Assembly: GCA_028023455.1 (NCBI GenBank)
Contig: JAQFVV010000001.1
Coordinates: 16,864,001-16,928,000 of the forward strand
Source of the DNA: Epiperipatus broadwayi
Lineage: Eukaryota; Animalia; Onychophora
Direction: 5' to 3'
Length of the DNA: 64,000 nt
In this document: one piece after another, positions 41,201-54,970 of the stretch
Numbering within the stretch: position 1 is the first letter of the stretch
How the letters are laid out: each line of letters starts with the position of its first letter
The notes under the pieces: model-generated
Database searches by the model: none
Told to the model about the DNA's origin: nothing
The model's input: only the letters and a program-made list of their open reading frames with translations
Position numbers and translations under genes: made by a program

Positions 41201-44200
41201 TAAAATATTCTGAACTAAAAAAAAACTAGCCTGAAACTTTCAGAACAATATATAACAATAGACTGTAATAAAGTTTATACCGTTGAAACTTCTGAAGTTC
41301 TTACAGCTGATTGTATACAGCCATAACATCATAACTAGACTTTCAGCAATCCAAGGCCAAGATAAAGATTTAGTAGGTTTCTACTATTACTAATACTTGT
41401 AGATATGATTGTTTATATTTTAAAAAAATATTATAATAAATGTAATTGATTAAAATATCTCCAATTTTTTTATTTCATATATTTTGATTAAATATTTATT
41501 AAGACAAATAAATATTATTTTAAATATCTATGTTAATTTTTATATATTTTTGGCAGTCTTATGAACATATTTTTATTAGATGATTCTAACTCATTACCAT
41601 ATCAAAAGTAAACAATAATCAGCCAATGATTTTAAAAATACTTGCTGTTATTATATGTGTATTATTTGTGAGTATTAAAATTAATATTTATTCACAGTTT
41701 AAAAACTATATATATAAATAAATATTAGTCATGTATGTTGTACTGTTTGCATAATTTTTTATAATAAAATATGCATTTGACAGTAAAAATATATTTATAA
41801 TATTTATTCATAGCTGGTTAGCTCTCCAAACATCAGAAGTTTATCATATTCAGGTCTTTTGTTAAACAAATTTGCCACTACTAGTTTAAATGGCAATAGA
41901 ATATAACATATACCTGTATTATGGAGATCTCATATACAGTCTTTCTTCCCATTTACTAACAATACTTTTATTAATAAGTTAGACAAAAAATAGAAACTTT
42001 ATATATATATATGAATGGGCAAAGTTCTGGTAAAAAAAAAAAGAATAAAAAATATAAAACTTACACACTTAGTTTATTATTTTAAAAACTATCAACAGTT
42101 CTCATGGATATATTATCCTTACAAAACATGAAACAAATTTCCTCAAAACATTAACTGTTCACTTCTATATAGGATTTATTTATGTTTTTAGATCAAAATT
42201 ATTTTAAAGATATGCAACAACATCTAATATACTGGCAATGAGGATTTTTTTCCCAGTCTAAAATTTCTACATACTGTTTTACAAAGCCTATTTTAATTTC
42301 AATTCTTTCTGGTAGCAGAATTTTACACATTATTTAAGGAAAACCATCAATACATGATAATCACGTGTTGGTTTTTACTGCAAAATATCTAAATTTGTAT
42401 ACTGAGAATGATGATTAAAAATACATTGAATAAATTAAATTCTGCAAATACAGATTTATTTATTTTTTTACTTAGTTATTCTACAATGGATTTTTATTAT
42501 ATGTAAAATAATTAAGCCTGTTTTCAATTCAATTTTTAATTGTAAAATCTGTCACAATATATTTATAGGATAATTAAAAATATATTTATTCACTCTTAAT
42601 GCAAAATTGTTGTTTTTATAATATGCCATATAAAGTTGGTAAAGGAACAATGTTTTTTTTTGATAATTCTTTCTACATGTTTCATAAAAAGTGATAATCA
42701 TAAAAGATGAAAATGCATCAATTAGTGATGATTAAGCAGATTATTATTTTAATTATTATGTATTTATTAATGCAAAAGAAAATAGAAAGAGTTATAGCGA
42801 ACTTTTCATCTCTATACTAAATTTTGTAGAAATTTTTCTATGCCAAACTGCCAATTAACTTCAGTTAAAATTTGGATAGTAGACATTCACAAAATGGAGA
42901 CATGAATAAAGGAAATTAACAGTTTTTAAGTAGGAAAGAAATTTAGAATAAAAAACACATCGAATAGAAACAGGTAAATATATCAATATTATATATAAAA
43001 AATAATAATAAGAAAAATATTGTCAACAAAAAAATAATTATAAAAAATATTTTAGAGATATTTAAAATGATACAAATAAAAGAAAAATATAAATAAATAA
43101 TAGAGTATGCAGATAACCAAAGAATATAGGCAAAATAAAAATTAAAAATTCCTAAATAGCCAACATAATATTCATTTTCATTATCCTATAAAAAGCATTC
43201 ATGTGACTAAACCAAACGTTAAAAAGATTGTTTACTTACCTTGTTTACAAAGCAATAACTTTAAATAATAACAAAAGCTTATGCTACCATTTAATATTAC
43301 ACTTTAATAATTTATGGAATTAATAAACATTTAATAAAAAATAATGACTGTATGTTAGATATTTGATATACTATTAAATAATTTCCATTTCTTGAAAAAA
43401 AAAAGTCATTCGAAGTTTGTTTTTGCTATTAGAAAATAATTGAAAAGAATAAGATCTACTTCACAAATCTTGTGATTTAAGCATCACTATTTTCTTTTTT
43501 TTTTAAATATTTATATATGTATTTTTTACATGAAGTTTCTTGCTTACAAAAAATGAAAATAATGCAGAAAGTTTAAACGAGGTAATTTATTTTAGATCTT
43601 TTTCTTCACTAAATCTTAAACCACTTTAAAGTAATTTAGAAAGAACAAATGATATTTGTCTTTTTTTAAAAAAAAAAAAAACATTTAGTAACGACTTTAA
43701 AGATTTTTATTTTTATTTGTTTACTATTGATTAATCAATATAAAAGAATTGTAAGTTAAAAAAATTAAAGGATATCATATATCTATTCATATAGATAGAT
43801 GCATAGGAGAATAATTTGTTAACAAAATAATGTTACAAGAACAATGTTATATAAAAGTCACGATTTTTGTTACTAATATGTTGCCTTTTTTTATCGAATT
43901 TATATAAAGTCAAGCAGCTAATTGTTTATTATGTATTTTTAATACTTCAATTGTTTTGTAAACAACGTAAGTTATATATGTAAATTTTATTCATGCAACC
44001 ATGTTGAAGTGATAGTTTTCCATTCTCTTAACAAATTTTTTACTAGCATCTTATATTTAGAATTATAAATTTCATACATGACATTGATCTAAATGGATTG
44101 TAACAAATAGTTAAACAAAATTTTAATTAAAAATATTTTATTTTCTATTTACACTGTTTTTATAAAAAGTTAAAATAAATATATATATTTTGTAACTGTA

Positions 44201-45096
44201 CAGAGCATAAAGAAATATGGGGAGATAAGAATCATCATCATCCCCATAGAATAAACAGTCATCATCAATTAACCCTGAATTAACACATATAAAATACAAA
44301 AGTAAAATGAATTAACATTAATGAATAACAAAAAAGCATGAGGTTAGCAAAGAATAAACATAAGTAATTATAATATTAAGTTACATCTCTACTATTAAAC
44401 AAAAACAATCAACAGTCATCCTTTGTATTTGGATTTAAAAGAGATTCAATATCAAAAGGTAGGTTACTTAACTAGCCAGTGACAAAGTTAGGATATAATA
44501 TAAAACAATCATCTGCATGCATATCTTTAAGTGCTAATCTATCAGTCATAATAAAAATATTGGGATTCTAATACATGCTGATCATTATCAATGCTCAGAC
44601 CATATGTTATTAAGAGTGTACAAGCCAACTATAAATTAATTTCTAATCTGTAATAAATAAAGTGCAGTGAATGAACTTTAAAAGTGATCATTACCTTTGT
44701 ACATCTAGAGAACTAGCAGAATGTCCAAAAACAAACATAACCCCCTCCACATATAAATAAATCAATTGTTATTGGTCTAGAGATAGCGCAGGATAAAAAA
44801 ACCCTAGAGATAATAGAAAATACTAATGCACATGCTTAATTTATCTTAATTAAAATAGTTCTATTGAGATAAACTACAAATCCTTTAAATAATCATAATA
44901 TAATGAAATCAAGTCACACACACTGTGAAATCATAGAATAAATAGGTAGAGGAATAAAGATATTAACACTTATTTTTTAATCATGATTTAATGACTCCAC
45001 TAATAAATTAATAAATTCAGAAAAGATATGATAATATGAATCCAATATGTTTCTGTGTAATAAATATAATCTCATAGCACAAATTATTTTTGGTAT

Positions 45097-46144
45097 CCTT
45101 TTGATAGCCAGGCATGGCTACTTGACAGCATTGTTTATGTGTAAAAACACATAGAAATGCCATTTACAAGACTGTACTTACAGATAATACAACACTTTTG
45201 TTGTATTAGCTATTTTAGGTCACTTGATGACATTACACACTAATATTACAGCCTGTTTTGTGCTTGTTGATACTTTACACAAATTTTCACAATTCACAGT
45301 TGCTATCATATCGTGTTATGGTCTTTGTATTTCAAGTAGGCAGAGTTTTTTAAATATCGAAACCATAATATTTTAATTTCTACTTAAATCATGGTCTGAA
45401 TTACTAAGAATTGTCACACCATCACTACCCTTCCCTACACAACTTGAAATGTGGAAAACATTGGCAAAGGGCAGGGCTGAACATGATTTCACAGATATAA
45501 TGTGCAGTCATGTTTTTATGAGTCAATGGATGAGAGAAATAGCAGTCAGTCTGTTATTATGCTAAAAAAAGTAATTTGTTTTCCAGAAATTAATAAATAA
45601 AAAGACAACAAAAGTTATTTTTGATTTAGAAGAAGAATAAACAAAAACCCAAAAAACTAAACAAAAATAAAAGAACAAGATTTCATTTAAAAAAAATTAT
45701 TTGAAACAGAAAAAAAAGGTGTGATTGTTTTTAAATTTTGTTTTGAAAAACCAAAAACCCCCAAAAAGTCAAACAAGATTTTATTTAAAAAAAAAGTAAT
45801 ACCAATAGTCAAAATTAAAAAGTTTTTTTTAAAAATAACATAAAAAACTTAAAGATGTAGTAGAAAAATAAAAGTCTTGGAAATAAAAAAGGTGGTGATT
45901 GTTTTTATTTTTTGTTTTAAAAAACCCCCCAAAAAAAAGTAGAACAAGTTTTTATTAAAAAAGCTAAAAAAAAGTAGAACAAGATTTTATTAAAAAAAAA
46001 TTACAAAATAACAAAAAAAAAAATCTTTTTATTTTCGTTTGGTTTTATTAATAAAATAAAAGTCTTGGCCTGATAACATTACATTTGATTGTTTTTTTTC
46101 CAAAACCAATGCCATCAAGTGGACATGCCTGGCTATCAAAAGAG
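45097..46144. mobile_element. DNA transposon relic with about 40-bp TIRs, piggyBac-like
   Basis: CCTTTTGATAGCCAGGCATGGCTACTTGACAGCATT matches the reverse complement of 46105-46144. The minus strand contains CVM..KCCIICKYSL..CF, like the piggyBac Cys-rich C-terminus. TTAA TSDs are not preserved. Confidence 0.5.
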
Positions 46145-46599
46145 TATCTTATTTCCTGTTGATTCTTATTACTAAATTATTTAATATTTACATTAACAAC
46201 ATTATTTCCTTTTTTTAAACATTAAAGCTGAAACAATATTTCACAATAAGAGATAAAAAATTTAAGACTGGTTAAAATTCTCCCCCCTTTTATAAAAATG
46301 GGAATGTTCCATATTTTTTAATTTATTTGGAGAGAAAATACATTAAAAATGTTTCAACAAAAATAGCAATAAAGATTATTCATTATTATTTATATTCAAA
46401 ATGATTTGCAATAATTATAATTGTAAAATATTAAAATGTTTCATCTTTATTTTAAATAATAAATAGTTGAAAAAAATGTTTTCACTTAAACATAGTTTAA
46501 ACAAACATGGACATACATATATAAAATTAATTAATTATAAAACTTTGTAGACATGGAAATAAATTGCTAAGAAAGTAATGAATTGTGTAATTAAAAATA

Positions 46600-49500
46600 A
46601 GGAATTATTTGTATGATAACAAACTAACAGGAATAATTTTTTGAGTCTTTCTTTTGCATTTATAATTTTAAGTTTCTTTCCAAGTCAGTTTTTCGTTCTT
46701 ATGTCTTTAAAAGTTTATATTAAAATTAGAATAATATTTTACAGGGTTCTAAGTTGAATTTATCTGTGATTTCTTGTTGTAGCTTCAAGTTTTCAGTTGA
46801 TGCTTACAATATTTATTTCTAAATTAACACAGATTTCCTGGGTACATTAATATAAATAAATTTATCCATTTTACAACATTATAATTTTCAGGTTAGTACA
46901 GGCAAAATTTACTTTTTTTTTTCAATATAATAATTTGCAGATCAGGTTTCATACAGGCTGAGACAGTTATGATTTTGGATAGAACATAAGACTTGTTGCA
47001 GATTTCTCATGGGTATTTTTACATCTTAATTTTTAGTGAACAAACTATATGTTGGTTTGGTGATTCACAGCTTTTAGTTAAAGCTTAGTGAATGGTTTTC
47101 TTCAAATCCATTTAAAAATACATTTCTTAAATTAGTAGTGATATTAATATTACTTTGAACTACAATATTATTTCTCACTGTTCTTTTCATAGCTAGGCTG
47201 CTATTGTTTTTCTTTTATCAAAATCTGAATCAAGAATGAGTATTTTTCACAAGATACTGAAAACTACTGAGTTAATCCTGCCCCTATCTTATTTTTTGAA
47301 ACATTCTTATTTTTTCTCCAAACACATTATCTCAGTCACAGCAGCATTAAGACATGACCAATAGATTCTATTTTTATAAAAAGATTATTTCTTTTATTTT
47401 TTAATCAGTTAATTAAAAAAATCCAATCATACCCTATTTATTGAAAAATATATTTTGTAGTTATTATTAAGAATATTATTATTAAATACATCATTTGCTC
47501 AAATCCTGTTTTCAGAGATTTGACTGGCATCTAACAGCAAAAGAATGAATAGTGACCCACAATCCTGGGATAGATAAGAATCTCACCAATAGTCTATAAA
47601 TATACAATACAGTATAAACACCAGAAGGGCTATATCAATTTTAACACTAGAAGCTGCTTACAATTCTAAATAGAAATAATGAAAAAATATCTTTGTAATG
47701 TCTTGCTTTTTCAAGTCTCAGAGGCTGCTAAATACAAACTTATGCCTTGCTCCTTTTTTTAGATTTAAAAGGCTGGGGTTCATGACACAGGACTATGTTA
47801 ACTGTCCATGATAAACAACTGGAAATATAAAATTTAAAAATGAGTTGGTACAGTGTTGAGATAGAACTTCATAGCACTGAATGAAAGCATCGCATCCTCA
47901 AGCAATTGGATAACCCTCCATCCAGTATCAGTAATAAAAGTATAGCTAAACAAACTCTAACAGTCAAAAGCTCAATTAAAACTCTAATAAGTTATTACAA
48001 ATTCATTTTCTTACTTTTTTGAATTAATCGTTTCTTCAAAATAATATCCAGATAACAAGCATTATTCACAAATTCAGATTAGTTAAAAGACTTTAAATAT
48101 AAGACTCACCAAAACAAAATATTTGTTATTTACTTCTTTTCTGATAAATATTAAATGTCCATTTATAATGATAATATAGTCCTTGTAATTTCTGACTATC
48201 TTTTAAATAAGCATATTTCTTCATTTCAGCTGGAATTTTGTAAAATATCATTCAAAAGTGTTCCAGATTAGATCTAACTAACTAATGTTCTTCCTTTTTA
48301 TTCATAAAGCATAACCACAAATCATAAGTGGATGATCTGTGTGATTTAAATGAAGTAATATCCCAGTCTGATCAAAAGAAACAAAAAACTGTTTATATCA
48401 AAACTTAGTTTTCTCTTGAACCTCATTTTAGTCCCTTTTCTTTTAAAACTAAATTTACATATCACTTTTCTTAGAAGAGAGGAAAAAAATGTATATTTTT
48501 TATTGAAATAAACAAACAATATTGTTTAGTTCAAATTCTCAAATTTAAAAACAAAAACAACAAAAAATAATTTTACTTATTAAAATTTCTTTTAAAATCA
48601 ATTGGGCATTTTACAAATTGTTTATCCAGCTATTGGTCGACATAAGATTGTTCAGGTGTAGTTTGACATTATATTTTATCTGGAGGATTTTTCTTTTATA
48701 GCAACTGTGGAGAAGAAGCAATTGAAGTGGAGAAAATTGTGTTATATTTCTTTCCAATTGTAAGTAAAGTTGACTATCAGTAAAATTCTTGTTGTGCATA
48801 ACTCTGTAGAAATATAATATATCTATATAACACACAGATTTAATATTTGCTTGATGTTGTTGGATTTCTTTATCCAATAGATTAATTATCATGAGATGCA
48901 AGTCTTCACTTAGTTTTAGTTTTCATTTTTGGGTAAAAAGTGAACTTTGATCTATTTTTATTTGTATTTGTTTATCTAGTTGCACAATTATGAGTGGCAC
49001 TTGATATAATATATCACATTCTTTTGCTCTAACTAATTTTTGTTGTGAGTCATCAAGCTTATTATCATGTCCTTGGATGTTTAGCTTTAACAGATGATGT
49101 TCACTTTTAATTTCTTTCAGTTGTTTTAGTTTATTATCATCTATTTGTGTTAATTGAACAGGTTCACCTTCTGCTATTTGTTCTTTTATTTGACTGTGTT
49201 GTGTTCATTATATATTTTTGGTTCATTTTATGACTTTAAAAGCAATTGAGCCTGTTCATAATCCATGATTTGATCCTTAATTTTTTCTCATTCTGCTTAT
49301 TTATCTTACATTGATTAGCCTCATATTTCTAGTTTTAATTCAATCTGTTTTTGAGTATGTTCCATACATTTTTTATTACTTTCTCTAGTTTGGTTTATTT
49401 GTTCCATCAATCTCAATTCCAATTGTTTTTGGTTATATTCTAATCTTGATTCCATCTGCTTTTGGTTATGTTTCACATGTTTTTAATTATCTTTCATAAT

Positions 49501-50000
49501 TTGATTTACTTGCTTTTGATTGTGCTACATTTATTTTTGATTACCTTTTTGTTTATTTTCTATAGTTTGATTTATTTGCTCCATTTGTTTTTATCTTTTT
49601 GATTATTTTCCATCTGATTTAATATTACGCTAAACATCTGCATCACATCTAATTGTGATGATATTGCAGTATTCTCATGCATTTTTATTTCTTTATTAAT
49701 GTCTTTATTTTTTATTTGGTTGTATGAATCACTATTATCTGGATAGACATTGTTTATATCTGAAGTTTCTAAGCTATTTCTTTACTGCTAGTTTCAGAAC
49801 TATTTGCTTTTGATATTTTCTGTTGCTCATCATCCATTTTATTTTCATTCTGCATTTTAATAATCCTCAAAATTTTTAAACACAATAAACTTATTATGTG
49901 CAATACAATTTTAATTGGACACACTATCACCAGTGCTAGATCATTCCCTGGAACACTCTGAAACCCCACATATATTTATATGTTTTCTTCATGATACAAC
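46600..50000 (-). mobile_element. Decayed Ty3/Gypsy relic (gag coiled-coil/capsid region, integrase C-terminal fragment; most of pol missing)
   Basis: 49700-49000 encodes a Q/E/K/N coiled coil (LDVMQMFSVILNQMENNQK..). ORF 48611..48901 resembles a gag core. 47100-46700 gives KNTHEKSATSLMF, like the integrase NxTxHxSTGxTPxELM motif. Confidence 0.5.
47989..48480. repeat. About 500-bp interspersed repeat, copy 1
   Basis: Colinear similarity, same orientation, to 51053-51592. Confidence 0.85.
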
Positions 50001-51052
50001 TTGCTTTGTTCTTTCTTGTTGTTATTGTTTTTTGTTTTACAATATAATTATAATATAGAGAAAAAAATATTGTCTGGTCAGCCCTATCATTCATCTAATT
50101 CAGGTAAATGGGAGTTTATAACAACTGAAAATAATAACCCGCACTCTGGGTGAATCAAAAATTTACAATAGGATATAAGTTTCTCCTGATGAATGATAAA
50201 TAATGGTAGATCACATAATAAACAAAGTAACAAATCATGTGATAATAATTTATTTACAAAGTATGATTATTAACTGATATGCAATTTATTTCTTTAACAA
50301 ACCCTTTTAATTTTTATACATCATAGTATCAATATATTCATAGATAATGTAACACATTCATTATACCTTTAACCCTGACTTCAATAAACTTAAATGTAAT
50401 TCTATGCATGTATGCATTTATAGATATAAACATTTCTTTGACTCAAATATCTCCTAGTACTTACATACATATATGCCTATATGGGGTAGACATCAATGCT
50501 ATCTTTACCATAATAATCATAAGGAATGGTCTTTTTAGATCCTAATCTTAAACATAATCCCTTACATAATAATAACTATAAAGGAATGGCCGTAACAACT
50601 GAATAAATCTTCGATACCATAATTATAAGGAGTGGCCTTTTTGTCCTAATCTTAATTTAATACAACTATAATTTCTATAGTTATGACTTGTTTGGAGATC
50701 AATCCTTAACTTATTAAACTGATAGGAATGTATTTGTCCATATGGATGTGAACATATGTAAATTATTAAACATTGGTTAAAGAACTGAGCATGTATAAAT
50801 CCATCTACATAAAATCCAATTTTTAGTAATCAAATGTAGGTTTAACTACAAATGCTTGAAAAATGGATATAATTACATCATTAGCTATAATTATTTGATT
50901 TTTAGGCAATTTGCATTTACATAACTACCATTATTTCTTTACCTTTTCCTCTTATTAATAAATTATACAAAATTCATAAGTTTAACATACATATGTGATA
51001 TATAATAATTTTTTTTTTTTCTTTTTAAAAAATAATTTTAACAAGTAAAGAG

Positions 51053-51592
51053 AAGTTATTACAAATTCATTTCTTTCTTTTTTGAACTAATAGTTTCTTC
51101 AAAATAATCTTTGATTAACAAGTGTTATTTACAAATTCAGATTAGTTAAAATAAAGTACAAATCAGACTAAATATAAATCTCATCAAGCAAAATAATTAT
51201 CATTTACTTTTTTTCTGACAAATATTCAAAATCTGTTTATGGTGATAATTTAGTCTTGTAAAGTCTGGCTGTCTTTTAAGTAAGCCTATTTCTTCATTTC
51301 AGCCAGAGTTATTAAAAAAATATTTTTCAAAATTGTTCCAGATTAGATGTAGCTACTTGTTAGTAGTTCTTTTTTATTTACAAACCATAGGTAGATATTC
51401 CATGGGATGTGAATGAAGTAATATCCCAGTCTGATCAAAAGATGGCACTACTATATGGAGAGTTTTGCTGTATTTTAAATTTTTTTAGAAATGAAAAACT
51501 GATTTTATATCAAAACTTAGTTTTCTCTTGAACTTCATTTCAGTTCCTTTTCTTTTAAAACCAAATTTGCATATTACTTTGCTTAGAAGAGA
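51053..51592. repeat. About 500-bp interspersed repeat, copy 2, carrying an about 50-bp insertion of a family-1 terminus
   Basis: Matches 47989-48480. The extra sequence GGCACTACTATATGGAGAGTTTTGCTGTATTTTAA at about 51444-51478 matches the outer arm end of family-1 copies 1 and 3. Confidence 0.8.
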
Positions 51593-51871
51593 GAGAGAAA
51601 GAGAAAAAAAAACTTTTTAATTTTATTTATTGAAATGAATAATAGATAGTTCATTTCAATATATATATAAAAAAAAAAAAAAAAAAACTATTAAACAAAA
51701 AAAAAAATATTTAATTTTTCCGACAGGGGGGGTCGTTTTTTCAAGATGTACTGATTGAAATCAGTCCCCTGGTTGTAATTTTTTATTATTTTTTGGTTTT
51801 TTTTTTTTTTTTTTTTTTGTTTGTTTTTTTATTTCTTTTTGTATTTTTGTTTTATTTTTATATTTTTAATT

Positions 51872-51904
<33 letters not shown>

Positions 51905-52584
51905 TTTTTTTTTTTATATATATATAAATATATATATATATATAGGTAAAATAGTTTTTAAATATCTATTGTGTAAAATGATTCCTTCATCAATTTTTTA
52001 TATAGAAACAATTATTAGGTATTATAATTAGACTTACCAATTTATAAGTGCAGAGAATTTGAGTGTTTTTTATTCTCATTTTAACATTTAGAAATAGCTG
52101 GATACCCATTTATTGACCAATATTGAATGGTTTGCTAGGCTAATTATCTGTAAAATATCCTAACTCAATAGAATTTGAGAAAAATTGATATATAAAAACA
52201 TTTTTGTATGCCATGTTGCTAAACTAATAAGAAAAAAAATTATATATCTAAAATTGTTTACACAGAAATAAAACTGCAATTTATTTGTAAAATAAATTGA
52301 AGTTTGCATGTATATTTGTTTAAAAAATAAAAATTATTAATTGATATGATGTTTTATAACTAATATTTAGAAAATGTCTGTGTTTTTAAAATGTAGTTAT
52401 TTAAATATCCTTAAAAATATATAATTTTGTAAAAATATATGTTAACTTAAAGTTTATTTAACTAACACTGCATCAAAACTAAATTGCATTTTTTAAAATT
52501 CTATCAACAGTGATATTTTAGTTAAATATCTAACTTCATATTTTTTTGTTACTCTCTGCTCGCTTATTCTGATCATAGGTGTCC

Positions 52585-52843
<259 letters not shown>

Positions 52844-53442
52844 TTGGTTACTTTAGATTAATACGATTAAGATAATTATAATAACGTCATTATTAAAAAT
52901 AATTCGAAATAAAAGCCAAGTTGTATGAATATTTAAAAACCCTCATAGAGAATCATTTTATTCTAAAACTATTACCATTTCTGATAAGTCCTCTATCTTT
53001 TAAATCTTTTAATATTTAGTATTACATTTTTGTATTTATAACTTCTCAATATTTTTTTTTTGTTTTGATTTAATTCTGATTTTAAGCATCTTCTGAAATC
53101 ATTTAGTATAAATTTTTAATTACATCAATAAGTTTATATATATCATCAATGTACACTAAATCCGGCTCTCTTTTTTTTAAATTAACAATTAAAAAATTTA
53201 CTTATAATAATTTCATACATCTTTTAAAAGTAAATTATAATTTAAATATACTTACAATTTCTATCATTATTTCAAAAATTTTATAATATTAAAATAATCA
53301 ATATTTCATTAATAACTAATAATTTATCATTAATTATTTAATTACTTTCTCAATGCCTCATATTTACACAATCAACTTGCCAAAAAAAAAGATGAATTGT
53401 AAGAAATGAAAAACTACTTTTTTTAAAAAAATTATATGTCAA

Positions 53443-53514
53443 AGCATTGACTAGGAAGTGAACCTAGGCCAGCTGCTTGGAAGGCAACTATGCTAATCAC
53501 TAGGCCACCAATGC
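53443..53514 (-). tRNA. tRNA-Gly-TCC: tRNA-Gly(TCC), probably a pseudogene
   Basis: GCATTGGTGGCCTAGTGATTAGCATAGTTGCCTTCCAAGCAGCTGGCCTAGGTTCACTTCCTAGTCAATGCT. Acceptor, anticodon and T stems pair, but the D-loop GG is GA, the T-loop is TTCACTT instead of TTCGATT, and the discriminator is T. Confidence 0.8.
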
Positions 53515-54923
53515 TTGTCTAAACTACAATTTATTGATCTTTAAATTAGAAACTAAAATTTAAACTAAAATTTAAATTTAAACTAAAAGTTAAATTAGAA
53601 AAGTTAAATAAATATTAAAAAATACAAAACTTAATATTCAAAATAAATACATTTTAATTGAATTTCTCTGCATCTTTTGTATTATTATTGTCCTGTTTAT
53701 TGTAAATTTAAAAATTCATTGGGCCCAAATAATTCTACTTTAGACACATTTCTTTTTTAATTTTTAATTATGATTCTAGTTATCTTTTAAACAATTTTCA
53801 ATGAAATAAGTAGTTTTACCTATATATGTTTTTTTGCATTCACATGCATTTTATTAATACAGTTTTTCCTTTTTAGCATTTCAAGCTTAAGTTCATAAAG
53901 CTTTGAAAAACTGTTCTAATATTATATTGATAGCAATTGTTTTTAGTTTTCAAGCTATATCTGATATGTAGGGATACATTACATTAGTCATCATTGTTTT
54001 TTCATTATAATGCATTTTTAATGATAGTTAATGGTAACTATTCTTCATTCAAGATGTTTTTATGTTGGATCTTTTCCCCAGTCACTGGTTTATGAATAAA
54101 TTTAGTATAACTCTACTTATTTGTGTTTTTGTCATAATTGACATATTTGATAAATATTTTCTTCCCTGTGTGGATTTTCTACAAACAGTTGTTTTGATTT
54201 CACCATAAAAGAATATTGTCACAATAATGTTTAAGAATGTTATGTAGTCCCTATTAAATTTGTAATAAGATTAAAGTAGGAACAAAAAACTGGCACTCTT
54301 ATGTGTACACATTGGCAAAATCAAAACTATTATTTATAAAAACTCTACACACATAGAAAAATACACAATCATGACAGAAACACAAGTTGAATTACATTAC
54401 TACCATAAATTCAAAGTAAAAAAGTTTGTGCATAAGTCAGTGAATTGAAAATAAAAATCCAATATAGAACACATTCTATTATTATTAAGAAAACTTTAAA
54501 TAGACCCCCCCCCCCCAAAAAAAAAGGAAATATCAAAACCAATGTTAAGTTTAGTATATTAACATATACTAGAAATATACAAATTAAAAAAAATCTGTAA
54601 TCAATATAATATTAGAACAACATTCCAAAGCCATAGCACATTATGAGAAACACTAACTACAAAATTTAAAGTGTTGAAAAGCAAAATTGCATCTGTGAAA
54701 TATCATCTGATTGTAAAAGATATAAGTGAAATCAGTTGCAACATTAAAAAATGATTAAAAGAATTCTAAAGATAATAATTAGAGAGGAAAAAGAAAGATG
54801 TGTCTAAAGTAGAATTATCAGTGAACAAATGTTTGATTGAGAAAACACAAAAATAATAGGCAGAGAGAAAAAGTAAAAATAAAATTTAAAGTAATTGCTC
54901 ATATGTTGCTCATATGATATAAT

Positions 54924-54970
54924 ATCATCATCATCAACCATTATCAATCCACTGCAGGATGAAGGTCTCT
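54924..54970 (-). mobile_element. Isolated 3' terminus of an RTE-type LINE/SINE
   Basis: Minus strand reads GAGACCTTCATCCTGCAGTGGATTGATAATGGTTGATGATGATGAT, the typical RTE 3' end (..TCCxGCAGTGGA..(TGA)n). Confidence 0.55.

Noticed and set aside
44250-44950. Possible L1-type endonuclease relic on the minus strand; similar faint LINE/LTR-like patches at about 11240-11470, 11900-12150, 35300-35720, 47520-47980 and 55540-55790
   Set aside because: Locally higher GC suggests old TE fragments, but I found no motif strong enough to assign by eye.
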